Below are positions 26,086-36,086 of a DNA stretch of 64,000 nt, piece after piece (position 1 is the first letter of the stretch; every line of letters begins with the position of its first letter). The stretch lies in the IMG/VR virus record IMGVR_UViG_3300021411_000005, positions 11,909-75,908 of that record; one strand, 5' to 3'. This DNA is from a virus (Duplodnaviria > Caudoviricetes). The notes beneath the pieces are model-generated. The model did not search any database and was not told the origin of the DNA. It was given only the letters and a program-made list of their open reading frames with translations. The position numbers and the translations under genes are program-made.

Positions 26086-26789
26086 GGAAGTTCTGGAAGC
26101 GGGAAGGCTACTCGGCACGCTGGAACCGGGCGGTGCAGGAGGCCGATGTGGGAGGCGCCATGCGGCGCGGCATGGAGCAGGCCGACCGGGTGATGAAGGC
26201 GTTCGAGCGGGGCCGGATGTACGAGCGGAAGCAGTGGGAGGCGGCCGTCCGGCTGGGTGCCGGTGCAGCCCGGGACTTCACCCGGCAGATGGAGGAGCTG
26301 CGCCGGATGCCCGGGACCGGTGAGGAGGATCTGGCCCGGGTGAAGGGGCGCGTCCTGGACATGAGCCAGGGCCTGGATGCCGTGAGGAACAGTGGCCTGA
26401 CGGCGGAGGAGGCCGACCGGTCGCTCCGGGCCTGGGCCGGTGGCGGAGCCAGCGCAGCATCTCTGGACCGGCAGCGCTGCCCGGAGTGCGGCTGCACGGA
26501 CCACAAGTCCTTCGGGCCCTGCTCCTCCACCGGGTGCTCCTGCTCCGGCCTGCCGTTCGGCGTGCTGTCCGAAGAAGCGGAGGCCGGGAGCCTGGACGGT
26601 CCGTGCCGACTGCCGCTGATGTGCTACCACCCGGACCAGACGGCGCGGTGGCGGGTGTCGCTCGATCCGGCCCGGCCCGGGGCGTCGTTCAGCATCCATG
26701 AACGGCGGTGCCCGGACTGCGCTGCGGAGACTGCGGCCTGCGGCCGGGAAGCCGCTCCGCTGCCTCCCTGGATGGTGCCGGGCCAGTGA
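26082..26789 (+). CDS. Hypothetical protein with C-terminal Cys-rich motifs
   Basis: ATGA coupling; CPECGC..H...C, RCPDC. Confidence 0.6.
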   Translation: MRKFWKREGYSARWNRAVQEADVGGAMRRGMEQADRVMKAFERGRMYERKQWEAAVRLGAGAARDFTRQMEELRRMPGTGEEDLARVKGRVLDMSQGLDAVRNSGLTAEEADRSLRAWAGGGASAASLDRQRCPECGCTDHKSFGPCSSTGCSCSGLPFGVLSEEAEAGSLDGPCRLPLMCYHPDQTARWRVSLDPARPGASFSIHERRCPDCAAETAACGREAAPLPPWMVPGQ

Positions 26790-26816
26790 TCATTACCACG
26801 CGGTCATAATCAGATC

Positions 26817-27386
26817 ATGACGTTGGTGATCATCCCGCGGTGCCCTACGCTCCAGCCCAACGGCCGGATGTGCATGCAGCCTGCCGGGAGCCAGACGGGA
26901 CACAAGGGCTGGGGCCGGTGCTTCTGGCACCGCGGCCGTACGGCACCGGTAGAGGAAACGTGGAGGAACGCCATGGAGCTGGCCGAACAGCTCGACATGA
27001 ACCCGCTGGAAGCGCTGCTCCACTCCGTCAGGGTGGCCGCCGCGCACGCCGCCTGGTCGGACACGCATCTCCGGGAGGCGGTCAGGGCGCAGGGCGGGGA
27101 GCCGGGCGACGAACCGGGGTCCGCGGTGAAGGCGTGGCTGATCGAGTCGCGGAAGGAGCGCACGCTGTTCGCCAAGATCTCCAAGGCAGCGGTGGACGCA
27201 GGGGTGGCCGCCGCACTGGTGGCCAGGGTGGACCTGGAGTCCATGGCCGCAGCCGAAGCCATCCTGGCCGCGGTGGACTCCCTGGAGCTGGCACCGGACC
27301 AGCGCCAGCGCGCACTGGAGGCGGGGCAGGCGCGGCTCCTGGCCATCGCGGGTCCGGAGGGCTCCGATATGGGGGACTTCGGCTGA
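26817..27386 (+). CDS. Possible terminase small subunit / HGG-type DNA-binding protein
   Basis: RCPT...GRMCMQPAG..TGHKGWGRCFWH followed by a helical region, resembling actinophage TerS-like proteins. Confidence 0.45.
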   Translation: MTLVIIPRCPTLQPNGRMCMQPAGSQTGHKGWGRCFWHRGRTAPVEETWRNAMELAEQLDMNPLEALLHSVRVAAAHAAWSDTHLREAVRAQGGEPGDEPGSAVKAWLIESRKERTLFAKISKAAVDAGVAAALVARVDLESMAAAEAILAAVDSLELAPDQRQRALEAGQARLLAIAGPEGSDMGDFG

Positions 27387-27393
27387 CCCTGTC

Positions 27394-28153
<760 letters not shown>

Positions 28154-28183
28154 TACGCTGCCGGTACTGCCTGGCCGCAGACG

Positions 28184-28224
28184 AAGGACCGCAGGTGCCC
28201 GTGTGGGGCGCGCCTGCGGTCCTT
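28184..28224. terminator. Intrinsic terminator, probably bidirectional
   Basis: AAGGACCGCAGG/CCTGCGGTCCTT stem between convergent genes. Confidence 0.7.
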
Positions 28225-28238
28225 TGCTGTACAGGGGG

Positions 28239-28751
28239 TCAGATCATTCCGCCGGTCCGCTGCTGCGCCGGAGCCACACCCAGGCGGGCCAATGCCTCCC
28301 GCGCCCGGTCGCGGACCGTACGGGCCGCGCGCAGCTCCGCGGGGACCGGTTCGTCGGTGTTGGCGTCGATGCAGTAGACCGCGTACTCCACCAGCATCTC
28401 CAGTACCGCCGTGCTGGCGGTGACGGTCAGGTAGTAGCTGCGCCCGGCTGTCCGCTGGACGGATGCCTCCATGGCCAGCCGCAGGGCCAGGCACTCGCTG
28501 TCGCTGTCGTCCTGGCCCTGCGCCACGCCGGTACCGGTGAACCAGTCGGCGAAGGCGCCGGGGACCGTGATCTCCGTGACCGGCTCCGGCGCGGCGGTGA
28601 CCGTGGCCTCCTGCCGGGCGTCGAATGCGGCCAGAACCTCCTTCATCTCCGCGTCACCGGCTTCGCGCTGCGCGGTCCGGTTCGCTTCGGTGGGGTTGGC
28701 GGCGTACGCGGCTTCGGCGGTCCGGCGGGCGGCGGTGGAGGGGAAGTCCAT
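28239..28751 (-). CDS. Hypothetical protein (170 aa), antisense moron
   Basis: ATG with AAGAAGGA RBS; upstream TTGACA on the minus strand; flanked by hairpins. Confidence 0.65.
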   Translation of the reverse strand: MDFPSTAARRTAEAAYAANPTEANRTAQREAGDAEMKEVLAAFDARQEATVTAAPEPVTEITVPGAFADWFTGTGVAQGQDDSDSECLALRLAMEASVQRTAGRSYYLTVTASTAVLEMLVEYAVYCIDANTDEPVPAELRAARTVRDRAREALARLGVAPAQQRTGGMI

Positions 28752-28999
28752 GATTTCCTTCTTCCTGGTCTGTGCTGCTGTAGGACCCATACTCCTCCGC
28801 CGATGGGTGTATGTCAAGTCATGACACACTCTTTGACCAGGCGTTGGAGGTGGACATGGTCCACCTGTACTGTCCTTCCGGGCACAAGCGCGGGGTGCAC
28901 CCGGAGCAGGGGCGGGGACCGGCCGGGCGCAGAGGTACTCCGCCGGGCGCTGGCGCAGGGGCGGCCCCGGTGCAAAGGCAGAGGTACCCCGGACACGGC

Positions 29000-29027
29000 G
29001 AAGCCCCCGGTTGGCGCCGGGGGCTTC
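29000..29027. terminator. Hairpin, terminator-like
   Basis: GAAGCCCCCGG/CCGGGGGCTTC. Confidence 0.55.
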
Positions 29028-29120
29028 TGGGTGCTCACCATCCATGCCCGTGAGGAGCAGCGCCAGACTACTCCGGATCGGGCAGTATCGTAAGATCAGT
29101 CCGCCGAAAGGAATCAGCCA

Positions 29121-29972
29121 ATGCCGGATGAAATGGTCACCACCTACGAACACGTCTACACCCCGACGGACCGGCGGCTGGGCCGCCACGTCCGGCACGA
29201 CAGCCGGTCCCTGCGTCACGCTGTCGGCGTGCTCCCCCGCAGCGCCATCAAGGCGGTGAGCTGGACCCGGCGCATTCCGATCCTGGACCAGGGCCAGATC
29301 GGGGACTGCGTCCCGAACGCGCTGACCGGCATCCTGGGCACCGACAGCGAGCAGCGCACCGGCCTGGCCCAGGTCACCGTGAAGGCCGATCCGGGCGGTG
29401 TCTTCCAGGGCGGGCCGTACCCGCTGAACGAGTCGTTTGCCGTGCGGCTCTACAGCCTGATCACCGCACTGGACAGCTATCCCGGCCAGTACCCGCCGGA
29501 CGACACCGGCAGCGACGCGCTGGGGGCCATGGCTGCGGCCCAGGCGCTCGGGCTGGCCGGTGAATACCAGCACGCGTTCAGCTACACCGCGGCGCAGTCG
29601 GCCGTCCAGAAGGGCCCGCTGATGTGGGGCACGGAGTGGCTGGAGTCGATGTTCGACACGGACCGCAACGGCTTCCTGGTGGTGGACCGGAAGAGCGGCG
29701 TGGCGGGCGGCCACGAACTGGTGCTGTCCGGGTACGACCCGGACACGGACGTGTGGCAGGCGGACAACTCCTGGGGCACATCGTGGGGTGCCGACGGCCG
29801 GGCTTCCGTCACCGGGGTGAACCTGCGCTGGCTGCTTACCCAGGAAGGGGACATCACGCTGCCGACCTGGATCACGTCCCCGGTCACCCCGCCCGGCCCG
29901 GCGCCGTTCACCGACGCGGAGTTCTGGGAGTACGCACAGCAGTGGGCAGCGGGCAAGGGGTTCACGTCGTGA
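29121..29972 (+). CDS. Papain-like (C1) cysteine peptidase
   Basis: LDQGQIGDCVPNA, GGHELVLSGYD, DNSWGTSWGADG. Confidence 0.85.
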   Translation: MPDEMVTTYEHVYTPTDRRLGRHVRHDSRSLRHAVGVLPRSAIKAVSWTRRIPILDQGQIGDCVPNALTGILGTDSEQRTGLAQVTVKADPGGVFQGGPYPLNESFAVRLYSLITALDSYPGQYPPDDTGSDALGAMAAAQALGLAGEYQHAFSYTAAQSAVQKGPLMWGTEWLESMFDTDRNGFLVVDRKSGVAGGHELVLSGYDPDTDVWQADNSWGTSWGADGRASVTGVNLRWLLTQEGDITLPTWITSPVTPPGPAPFTDAEFWEYAQQWAAGKGFTS

Positions 29973-30184
29973 GCTGGCTGCGCCGTACGAGGGAGCTTCC
30001 GGCCGGGCACTTCGTCAGCTACGCCGCATGCCTGGTCCGGCAGGGCGGGGACGGGGTGATCGAGCTTCACGGCTACAGCATGGAGGACGTGATCAAGTAT
30101 CTGGCCTTCCTCCAGAACGGACTCCAGGACGACGTCCCGGACGCCGATTCTCTGGACCTCCTCCGCAACCGGCCGCACCCGTGA
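29969..30184 (+). CDS. Hypothetical protein
   Basis: GTGA coupling. Confidence 0.5.
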   Translation: MSWLRRTRELPAGHFVSYAACLVRQGGDGVIELHGYSMEDVIKYLAFLQNGLQDDVPDADSLDLLRNRPHP

Positions 30185-30363
30185 CCGGCCAGTCGGAGAC
30201 CGGCGTCTACTCGGTTGTCACCGATGCTGAGTTCCCTCACGGCCTGCGGTGCAGCGACTGCATGACCGTCATCGAGCCCGGCCAGCTCTACCGCAGCACA
30301 CCCGACAGCATGACCGGCGACGGTACCCCCGTGGAGCGCCTGGTCTGCGACCAACACCCGTAG
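30181..30363 (+). CDS. Small Zn-ribbon-like protein
   Basis: RCSDC...VCDQH; GTGA coupling. Confidence 0.5.
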   Translation: MTGQSETGVYSVVTDAEFPHGLRCSDCMTVIEPGQLYRSTPDSMTGDGTPVERLVCDQHP

Positions 30364-30375
30364 ACAGGACTGATC

Positions 30376-31398
30376 ATGAAGCGCGTACTTCTCACCGGAG
30401 CGGCCGGGTTCGTCGGCAGCCACGTCCTCCGGCACATCCTGATGGAGACGGACTGGGAGGTCGTCTGCCCGGTGACCTTCCGGCACAAGGGCATCCCGCC
30501 GCGGATCCACAGTGCCCTGGACTCCGTGACCGGAGCAGCCGCGCGCGTCTCCACGGTGATCCTGGACCTGACCGCCCCAGTGGACCCGATCACCACGGCG
30601 CAGCTCGGGCGCATAGATGTGATCATGAACGTGGCCAGCAACAGCCATGTGGACCGCTCCCTGGAGCGGCCGGTCCCGTTCGTGCTCGACAACGTGGCCA
30701 TCATGCTGAACACGCTGGAGCTGGCCCGGGTGCTCCATCCGTTCATGTTCCTCCAGATGAGCACCGACGAAGTGTACGGACCGGCGCCCGCCGGTTACGA
30801 CTCCGTGGAGTGGGATCCCATCGTCCCGTCCAACCCGTACTCCGCCAGCAAGGCCGCGCAGGAGGCGGTGGCCATCAGCTACTGGCGCAGCTACGGCGTA
30901 CCGCTGGTGATCACCAACACCATGAACGTCATCGGGGAGATGCAGGACCCGGAGAAGTTCGTGCCGATGATCATCCGCAAGGTGCTGGCCGGAGACCCGG
31001 TGCCGGTGCACTGCGCCCCGGACGGGACCGCGGGCAGCCGGTTCTACCTCCATGCCCGCAATCTGGCCGACGCCTGGGTGATGCTGGCCGGGAGCCAGTC
31101 CGATCCGGTGGAGCGGTACGCCGACGGGGCGACCAGGCCCGCGCGGTACAGCGTGGTCGGTGAGCTGGAGCTGGGCAACGACGAACTGGTGACCATGATC
31201 GCCGACATCCTGGGGCGCCCGGCCTTTATCGACCGGCAGACCTTCCATGCCACCAGGCCGGGGCACGACCTGCGCTATGCCCTGGACGGAAGCAAGATCT
31301 GGGAGCGCTTCGGATGGTCCCCGCCGGTCCCGCTGCGGGATTCGCTCAAGCGCACCGTGGAGTGGACGCTGGCGCATCCGGAGTGGCTGGAGCTGTGA
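30376..31398 (+). CDS. rmlB: dTDP-glucose 4,6-dehydratase-like (RmlB family)
   Basis: LLTGAAGFVGSH, SHVDRS, STDEVYG, PSNPYSASKAA, RPGHDLRYALD. Confidence 0.88.
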   Translation: MKRVLLTGAAGFVGSHVLRHILMETDWEVVCPVTFRHKGIPPRIHSALDSVTGAAARVSTVILDLTAPVDPITTAQLGRIDVIMNVASNSHVDRSLERPVPFVLDNVAIMLNTLELARVLHPFMFLQMSTDEVYGPAPAGYDSVEWDPIVPSNPYSASKAAQEAVAISYWRSYGVPLVITNTMNVIGEMQDPEKFVPMIIRKVLAGDPVPVHCAPDGTAGSRFYLHARNLADAWVMLAGSQSDPVERYADGATRPARYSVVGELELGNDELVTMIADILGRPAFIDRQTFHATRPGHDLRYALDGSKIWERFGWSPPVPLRDSLKRTVEWTLAHPEWLEL

Positions 31399-31595
31399 GA
31401 CGGCGCCGGATCTGCTCCTGGTGCGCGGCCTGGCTCGACTGGCGGAGCAGGCTCCGGCTGTGCGCCTTCTCCCGGTGCGGGTACTGCCGGGACTGCCACT
31501 CCTACGGGTGCACGGAGTGCGGGATCTACCTTCAGAACGGCGGGCCGCCGTACCGGAACCACGCCAGAGCAGCGATGTGGGAAGTGAGGCACTGA
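31395..31595 (+). CDS. Small Cys-rich protein
   Basis: Eight Cys in 66 aa; GTGA coupling. Confidence 0.5.
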   Translation: MRRRRICSWCAAWLDWRSRLRLCAFSRCGYCRDCHSYGCTECGIYLQNGGPPYRNHARAAMWEVRH

Positions 31596-31735
31596 TGCCC
31601 AGAGCAGGGAACAGCAAGCTGAAGAAGGCGGTTCGCGCCAGGATGAAGCAGACCGGGGAGAGGTACACCACGGCACTGGTTGCGGTAAAGGCGGCCTGGG
31701 CTCAGGCGGGTGCCGACGCTGCACGGAAGCGCTGA
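31595..31735 (+). CDS. Small basic protein (46 aa)
   Basis: TGATG coupling at both ends. Confidence 0.5.
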   Translation: MPRAGNSKLKKAVRARMKQTGERYTTALVAVKAAWAQAGADAARKR

Positions 31736-31950
31736 TGAGCGAACAGCCGGTCTTCGCCCGGCAGGACGTCCCCGTGGCGGTCATGCAGGGGCGGGGGCTG
31801 ATGGATGTTCTGGACGTGATCCGCTTCCTGGAGTCGGCGTCCGGAGTGCTCAGCCGGGATCCGTGCACGGCAGTGGCCGGGGAAGTGTTCCGGCTGGAGA
31901 AGGAAGCGCTGATCAAAAAGGCGAGAATGGCGGGGGACCAGCGGTTCTGA
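31735..31950 (+). CDS. Hypothetical protein
   Basis: ORF track. Confidence 0.55.
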   Translation: MSEQPVFARQDVPVAVMQGRGLMDVLDVIRFLESASGVLSRDPCTAVAGEVFRLEKEALIKKARMAGDQRF

Positions 31951-31965
31951 CAACCGGGAGCAGCC

Positions 31966-33375
31966 ATGGCGACGGACGTACAGCGGATAGCAGCCGGAGC
32001 CGCACGGCACCTGGCCCGCGGCATGGCCTCCACCCGCTGGACGCCGCTCCCCCACCAGGTGCCCCCGCCCGGGGAGTGGTACGGCTGGCTGCTCATGGCC
32101 GGGCGCGGCGCGGGCAAGACGGACGCCTGTGCGGAGTACATGATCCAGCACGTGAAGGGCCCGCCGTGCCTCCCCGGTCCCAGTCCGCACTGGATGGGCA
32201 TTATTGCCCCGACGCTCGGTGACGCGGCCACGTCGTGCTTCTCCGGTCCGTCGGGGATCCGGGCGCACGATCCGTCGGCGCAGATGGTCACCACCAAGGG
32301 CGGTACGGTCGTCCGCTGGCCGAACGGCAGTGAAGCCAAGCTGTTCGGTGCGCACACGGAGGAGGAGACCGACCGGCTGCGCTCCGGCGGCAACCGGTGC
32401 CTGATGTGGCTGGAGGAGCTGGCCGCCTGGCGCTACCTGGACGAAGCCTGGGCCCAGATGCGGTTCGGCCTCCGTGTAGGTCCGCACCCGCACTGGATCG
32501 GCTCCACCACACCGAAGACCCGGCAGTTGATCCGGCGCCTGCATGAGGGCAAGGTCCGCAACACGGTGCTGACCAGGGGGTCCATGTACGACAACCCCCA
32601 CCTTTCGGAGGAAGTGCGCATAGCGCTGGAGGAGGAGTACGCCGGTACGCCGCTGGGGCGCCAGGAGCTGATGGGTCTCCTGATCGAGGAAGACGAAAAC
32701 GCGCTCTGGAGCCGGAAGGTGGTGGACGCAGGCCGGATCGACCCGCGGAACCTGCCGGACCTGGGCCGGATCTCCGTCGGCGTGGACCCGTCCGGCGGTG
32801 CCGGTGAGCAGGGGATCATCGTGGTGGGCAAGTCCAAGCTGATGCTGCCCCCGGTGGTCATGCCCCCGGACATCCTGCCGGAGGGCAGTCCGGCGCAGCC
32901 GATGAACGCCCGGCACCGGGGATTCGTGCTGGCCGACCGGACCGTCCACCTCAAGCCGGAGGGCTGGGGCCGTGCCGTGGTGAAGGCCGCGGTGGAGTGG
33001 GATGCTGACGAGATCTTCGTGGAGGTCAACTACGGCGGGGACATGTGCATCTCCACCGTGGGCTCCGTGCTGGAGTCCGAAGGGCTGCACATCCCGATCC
33101 GGCCGGTGCGCGCCACGCGGGGCAAGGCCATCCGCGCGCAGCCGGTCAGTGCGCTGTCGTACCAGGGTGCGTGGTCGCACGCCGGGGAGTTCCCGGAGCT
33201 GGAGGACCAGATGACCACCTGGACCCCGGAGTCCGACTGGAGCCCGGACCGGCTGGACGGATCCGTGTGGAACGCTCACGGGCTGCGCCTGGTGGGCCCC
33301 ACGATCCGCGGCAAGGGGCAATTCGGTGGTTCAATGGCATCAAAGCAAATCGCTGCCCCGGGAAGAGTCCGATGA
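31966..33375 (+). CDS. terL: Terminase large subunit
   Basis: AGRGAGKT, WLEELA, STTPK, VGVDPSG, SPDRLD. Confidence 0.92.
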   Translation: MATDVQRIAAGAARHLARGMASTRWTPLPHQVPPPGEWYGWLLMAGRGAGKTDACAEYMIQHVKGPPCLPGPSPHWMGIIAPTLGDAATSCFSGPSGIRAHDPSAQMVTTKGGTVVRWPNGSEAKLFGAHTEEETDRLRSGGNRCLMWLEELAAWRYLDEAWAQMRFGLRVGPHPHWIGSTTPKTRQLIRRLHEGKVRNTVLTRGSMYDNPHLSEEVRIALEEEYAGTPLGRQELMGLLIEEDENALWSRKVVDAGRIDPRNLPDLGRISVGVDPSGGAGEQGIIVVGKSKLMLPPVVMPPDILPEGSPAQPMNARHRGFVLADRTVHLKPEGWGRAVVKAAVEWDADEIFVEVNYGGDMCISTVGSVLESEGLHIPIRPVRATRGKAIRAQPVSALSYQGAWSHAGEFPELEDQMTTWTPESDWSPDRLDGSVWNAHGLRLVGPTIRGKGQFGGSMASKQIAAPGRVR

Positions 33376-33554
33376 TCACCCTGTCACTGTCCGCGCTGCT
33401 GATCTTCATCGTTGTCTGCCTGGCCGTGGCGCGGGACCGGCTGGTGGTGCTGGTGGCCATGCTGTCGGTGACCGCCGGGGTGCTGCTGGCCAATTCCGCC
33501 TTCGGCCACTTCGTAGGGGACGCCAGCTCCGCACTGGTGGGGATCTTCGTCTGA
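33372..33554 (+). CDS. Small membrane protein
   Basis: Two hydrophobic helices; ATGA coupling. Confidence 0.55.
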   Translation: MITLSLSALLIFIVVCLAVARDRLVVLVAMLSVTAGVLLANSAFGHFVGDASSALVGIFV

Positions 33555-33601
33555 CCGGGTAACGTCTTCCGTGAACCGGTCAAACGAAGTGAGAGGCTGA
33601 C

Positions 33602-33967
33602 ATGAAGATCTTCGGCAGAGAGCTGGCCGTCTGGCTGGCCACGATCGCAGCGGTGTTCCAGGTGGTGACGTCCTTCGGGTTCGACCTGGACGGCCAGTGG
33701 CAGGGCATCGTCACCGCGGTGATCGTGTTCGTCTTCGGCGTGGTCACCGCCATCAGGTCCCATGACGGGATCATCGCCATGGCAACCGGCGTGGTCACCG
33801 CGCTGTTCTCGCTGTTCGCGGCCTTCAATCTGGACTGGAGCCCGGAGCGGCAGGGCTACATCATCGGCGCCATCACCCTGATTCTGGGCTTCTGGGTCCG
33901 CGACCGCGTCACCTCCCCGGTACCGGCGTCCGTCTCCCCCGCCGGAAAGCTGGTCACCCGGGCATGA
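33602..33967 (+). CDS. Holin-like membrane protein
   Basis: MKIFGRE..., four hydrophobic segments. Confidence 0.6.
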   Translation: MKIFGRELAVWLATIAAVFQVVTSFGFDLDGQWQGIVTAVIVFVFGVVTAIRSHDGIIAMATGVVTALFSLFAAFNLDWSPERQGYIIGAITLILGFWVRDRVTSPVPASVSPAGKLVTRA

Positions 33968-34122
33968 GGCTTCCGCACTGGCTGGACCGGCTGCTGGGCA
34001 TCCAGCGGCCGGGCCGCCCCGCTTCCCCGGATAACATCCGAGACAGCCTGGACTACGTCCGGCGCACCTACGGTGACACCCGGCCGCCGGGCTGGTACGG
34101 GCACGGCGGGCGGTACCGGTGA
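33964..34122 (+). CDS. Small hypothetical protein (52 aa)
   Basis: Read manually, ATGA coupling; MRLPHWLDRLLG... Confidence 0.4.
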   Translation: MRLPHWLDRLLGIQRPGRPASPDNIRDSLDYVRRTYGDTRPPGWYGHGGRYR

Positions 34123-34252
34123 TCATCATCATGCCGTGGTGGCTGGACCGGGTGCTCTTCCGGCTCTTCGGTGTCCGGCGTCCTCATGTGCTCTGCCAGT
34201 TCGTCAACGGCCGGTGCCGCACCAATCACCGGCTCAAATTCTAGGAGACCGA

Positions 34253-34693
34253 GTGCCTGCCTGGACCGTACTGCTGTTCCTCGGGCTGGCCACGTACCGG
34301 CTGACCCGGCTGGTGGTGAAGGACGATTTCCCGCCCGCGCTCTGGTTCCGCGACCGGATCGCGGGCGGCTGGCGTCCGCTCAGCCGGAAAGAGCTGGAGA
34401 CAGCCGGGCTGCCCGCACCGGGCGACTGGTCGGCGGTCATTGCCGGACTGGGACAGACCGAATACCGGGACGGGGCGTACCGGCGGTACGTCACCCGCGC
34501 ATCCTGGTCCCCCGCGTGGCTGGCCGACCTGGTGAGCTGCCCCTGGTGCGCGTCGGGCTGGATCTCGCTGGCGCTCACCGCGTACACCGTGGCGGTTCCG
34601 TGGCCGGGGTCGTTCACCTGGTGGCAGGCCGCAATCGTCTGGCCCGCCGTCTGGGGCGCCGGGTCTCTGCTGGCCAGTAAGGAGTGGGCATGA
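34253..34693 (+). CDS. DUF1360-like membrane protein
   Basis: LATYRLTRLVVKD...LVSCPWCASGW. Confidence 0.75.
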   Translation: MPAWTVLLFLGLATYRLTRLVVKDDFPPALWFRDRIAGGWRPLSRKELETAGLPAPGDWSAVIAGLGQTEYRDGAYRRYVTRASWSPAWLADLVSCPWCASGWISLALTAYTVAVPWPGSFTWWQAAIVWPAVWGAGSLLASKEWA

Positions 34694-35301
34694 CCGAATG
34701 GAAGCTGTTCGACGGAGACGTCCCGTACGTCTCCACCGCGGAGTTCCACGCCGACCGGGAGCGGGCTCCGCACCTGGAGCAGGAGTGGCACCAGCCGCGC
34801 CTGTACCGGGCGGTGAACCTGGTCCGGGACTCGATCACATCCATGCAGGCAGAGGACCCGCTGCACCCGATCACGGTCTCCGACCTGGGATGCGGAGACG
34901 GCGGCCTGCTCCAGGCGCTGGCCTATCCGCTGTCCTGGGGTTACGACTTCGCCCCGGCCAACGCTGCCGGGTGGACGGAGCGCCGGGTCACCGCCGTGTC
35001 GGCCGACGTCTTCGGAGCCGACCAGGACCGGATCCGGCTGGGGGACATCGTGGTGATGACCGAAGTCCTGGAGCACGTGGCCGACCCGCACGGCGTGCTC
35101 CGCTGGCTGAAGGGCTCCGGTGTCCCGGTGATCGTCTGTTCCAGCCCGCTGAACGAGAACCAGCACAACCACAGCCCGGAGCACGCCTGGGCCTGGGACA
35201 CCCAGGGCTACGCGGAGATGCTCGCTGCGGCCGGGTGGGTCATCGCCAACCACGAACAGGCCGGACTGTTCCAGGTGGTCAGAGCGGTGAACATCACGTG
35301 A
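34690..35301 (+). CDS. Class I SAM-dependent methyltransferase (paralog of 6496-7149)
   Basis: VSDLGCGDG, TEVLEHVADP, EHAWAWD. Confidence 0.85.
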   Translation: MTEWKLFDGDVPYVSTAEFHADRERAPHLEQEWHQPRLYRAVNLVRDSITSMQAEDPLHPITVSDLGCGDGGLLQALAYPLSWGYDFAPANAAGWTERRVTAVSADVFGADQDRIRLGDIVVMTEVLEHVADPHGVLRWLKGSGVPVIVCSSPLNENQHNHSPEHAWAWDTQGYAEMLAAAGWVIANHEQAGLFQVVRAVNIT

Positions 35302-35549
35302 CGACCCCGCCCAACGGCCAGGCCCGGCAGATTCCTCCGGTCGATCCCGGCAACGAGCTGCTGAACGAAGTCCCGGCGCAGTTGACCACGGGCCTGGTTC
35401 CGACCCCCGGCGGCCAGCGCCTGGTCCTCACCATCCGTACGGCCACCACCACGCTGACCGTGTTCCTGGCGAAGGAGTACGCGGAGAACTGGCGGGACAT
35501 CATCGTCAAGGACGTCAGCCGGATGAACGGCCTGATCCTTCCGCCATGA
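35298..35549 (+). CDS. Hypothetical protein
   Basis: GTGA coupling. Confidence 0.55.
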   Translation: MTTPPNGQARQIPPVDPGNELLNEVPAQLTTGLVPTPGGQRLVLTIRTATTTLTVFLAKEYAENWRDIIVKDVSRMNGLILPP

Positions 35550-35556
35550 TTGAGAC

Positions 35557-35838
35557 ATGAACAGATTCTGGTCGGCCGCGGACAGTGCACCGGATCCGCT
35601 GGCCGGGATCCTGGTCCAGTACGGCGCCGTCGGGGCAATCGCCCTGATGGCGCTGTTTGCTGTGCGGGTGCTGTTCGCGCGGCTGACCACCGCGCTGGAC
35701 CAGCAGACGCAGCGTGCCGACCGGCTGGAGGAGGAGCTGCGTAAACTCAACGAGACGATCCGGAGCGAGTACATCAAAGCGATATCCGACGCCAACCGCG
35801 CCGTTGCCGAAACGCTCGCAACCGTGCGCAGGAGCTGA
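35557..35838 (+). CDS. Membrane protein with coiled-coil tail (lysis accessory-like)
   Basis: One TM helix, then RADRLEEELRKLNE. Confidence 0.65.
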   Translation: MNRFWSAADSAPDPLAGILVQYGAVGAIALMALFAVRVLFARLTTALDQQTQRADRLEEELRKLNETIRSEYIKAISDANRAVAETLATVRRS

Positions 35839-35843
35839 TCACC

Positions 35844-36086
35844 ATGGTGAGAGCCAGTCCTGTAGACCGACTGGTGGAGGAGTCGGAGAGGCTGCGCGGG
35901 GTGCTGCTCGAAACGGCCCGTGAACTTACGGCCTTCTCGGATGATCTACTGGCGGAAGCGCGCGCGCTGAACCGCGTGCCGGAAGGAGACTGCGATGACG
36001 GAGCAGACAGAGACTCCGGAGGGGCCGCAGGACGACCGGATGGAACGCCTGATCACTCTGGCGGAGCGTCTGGTCCAGGAGATTGA
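35844..36086 (+). CDS. Hypothetical coiled-coil protein
   Basis: ORF track; 3' part overlaps the next gene. Confidence 0.45.
   Translation: MVRASPVDRLVEESERLRGVLLETARELTAFSDDLLAEARALNRVPEGDCDDGADRDSGGAAGRPDGTPDHSGGASGPGD

Noticed and set aside
28811-29053. Short ORFs on either strand in the 28.8-29.05 kb gap
   Set aside because: No convincing RBS or coupling, and they overlap promoter and hairpin elements
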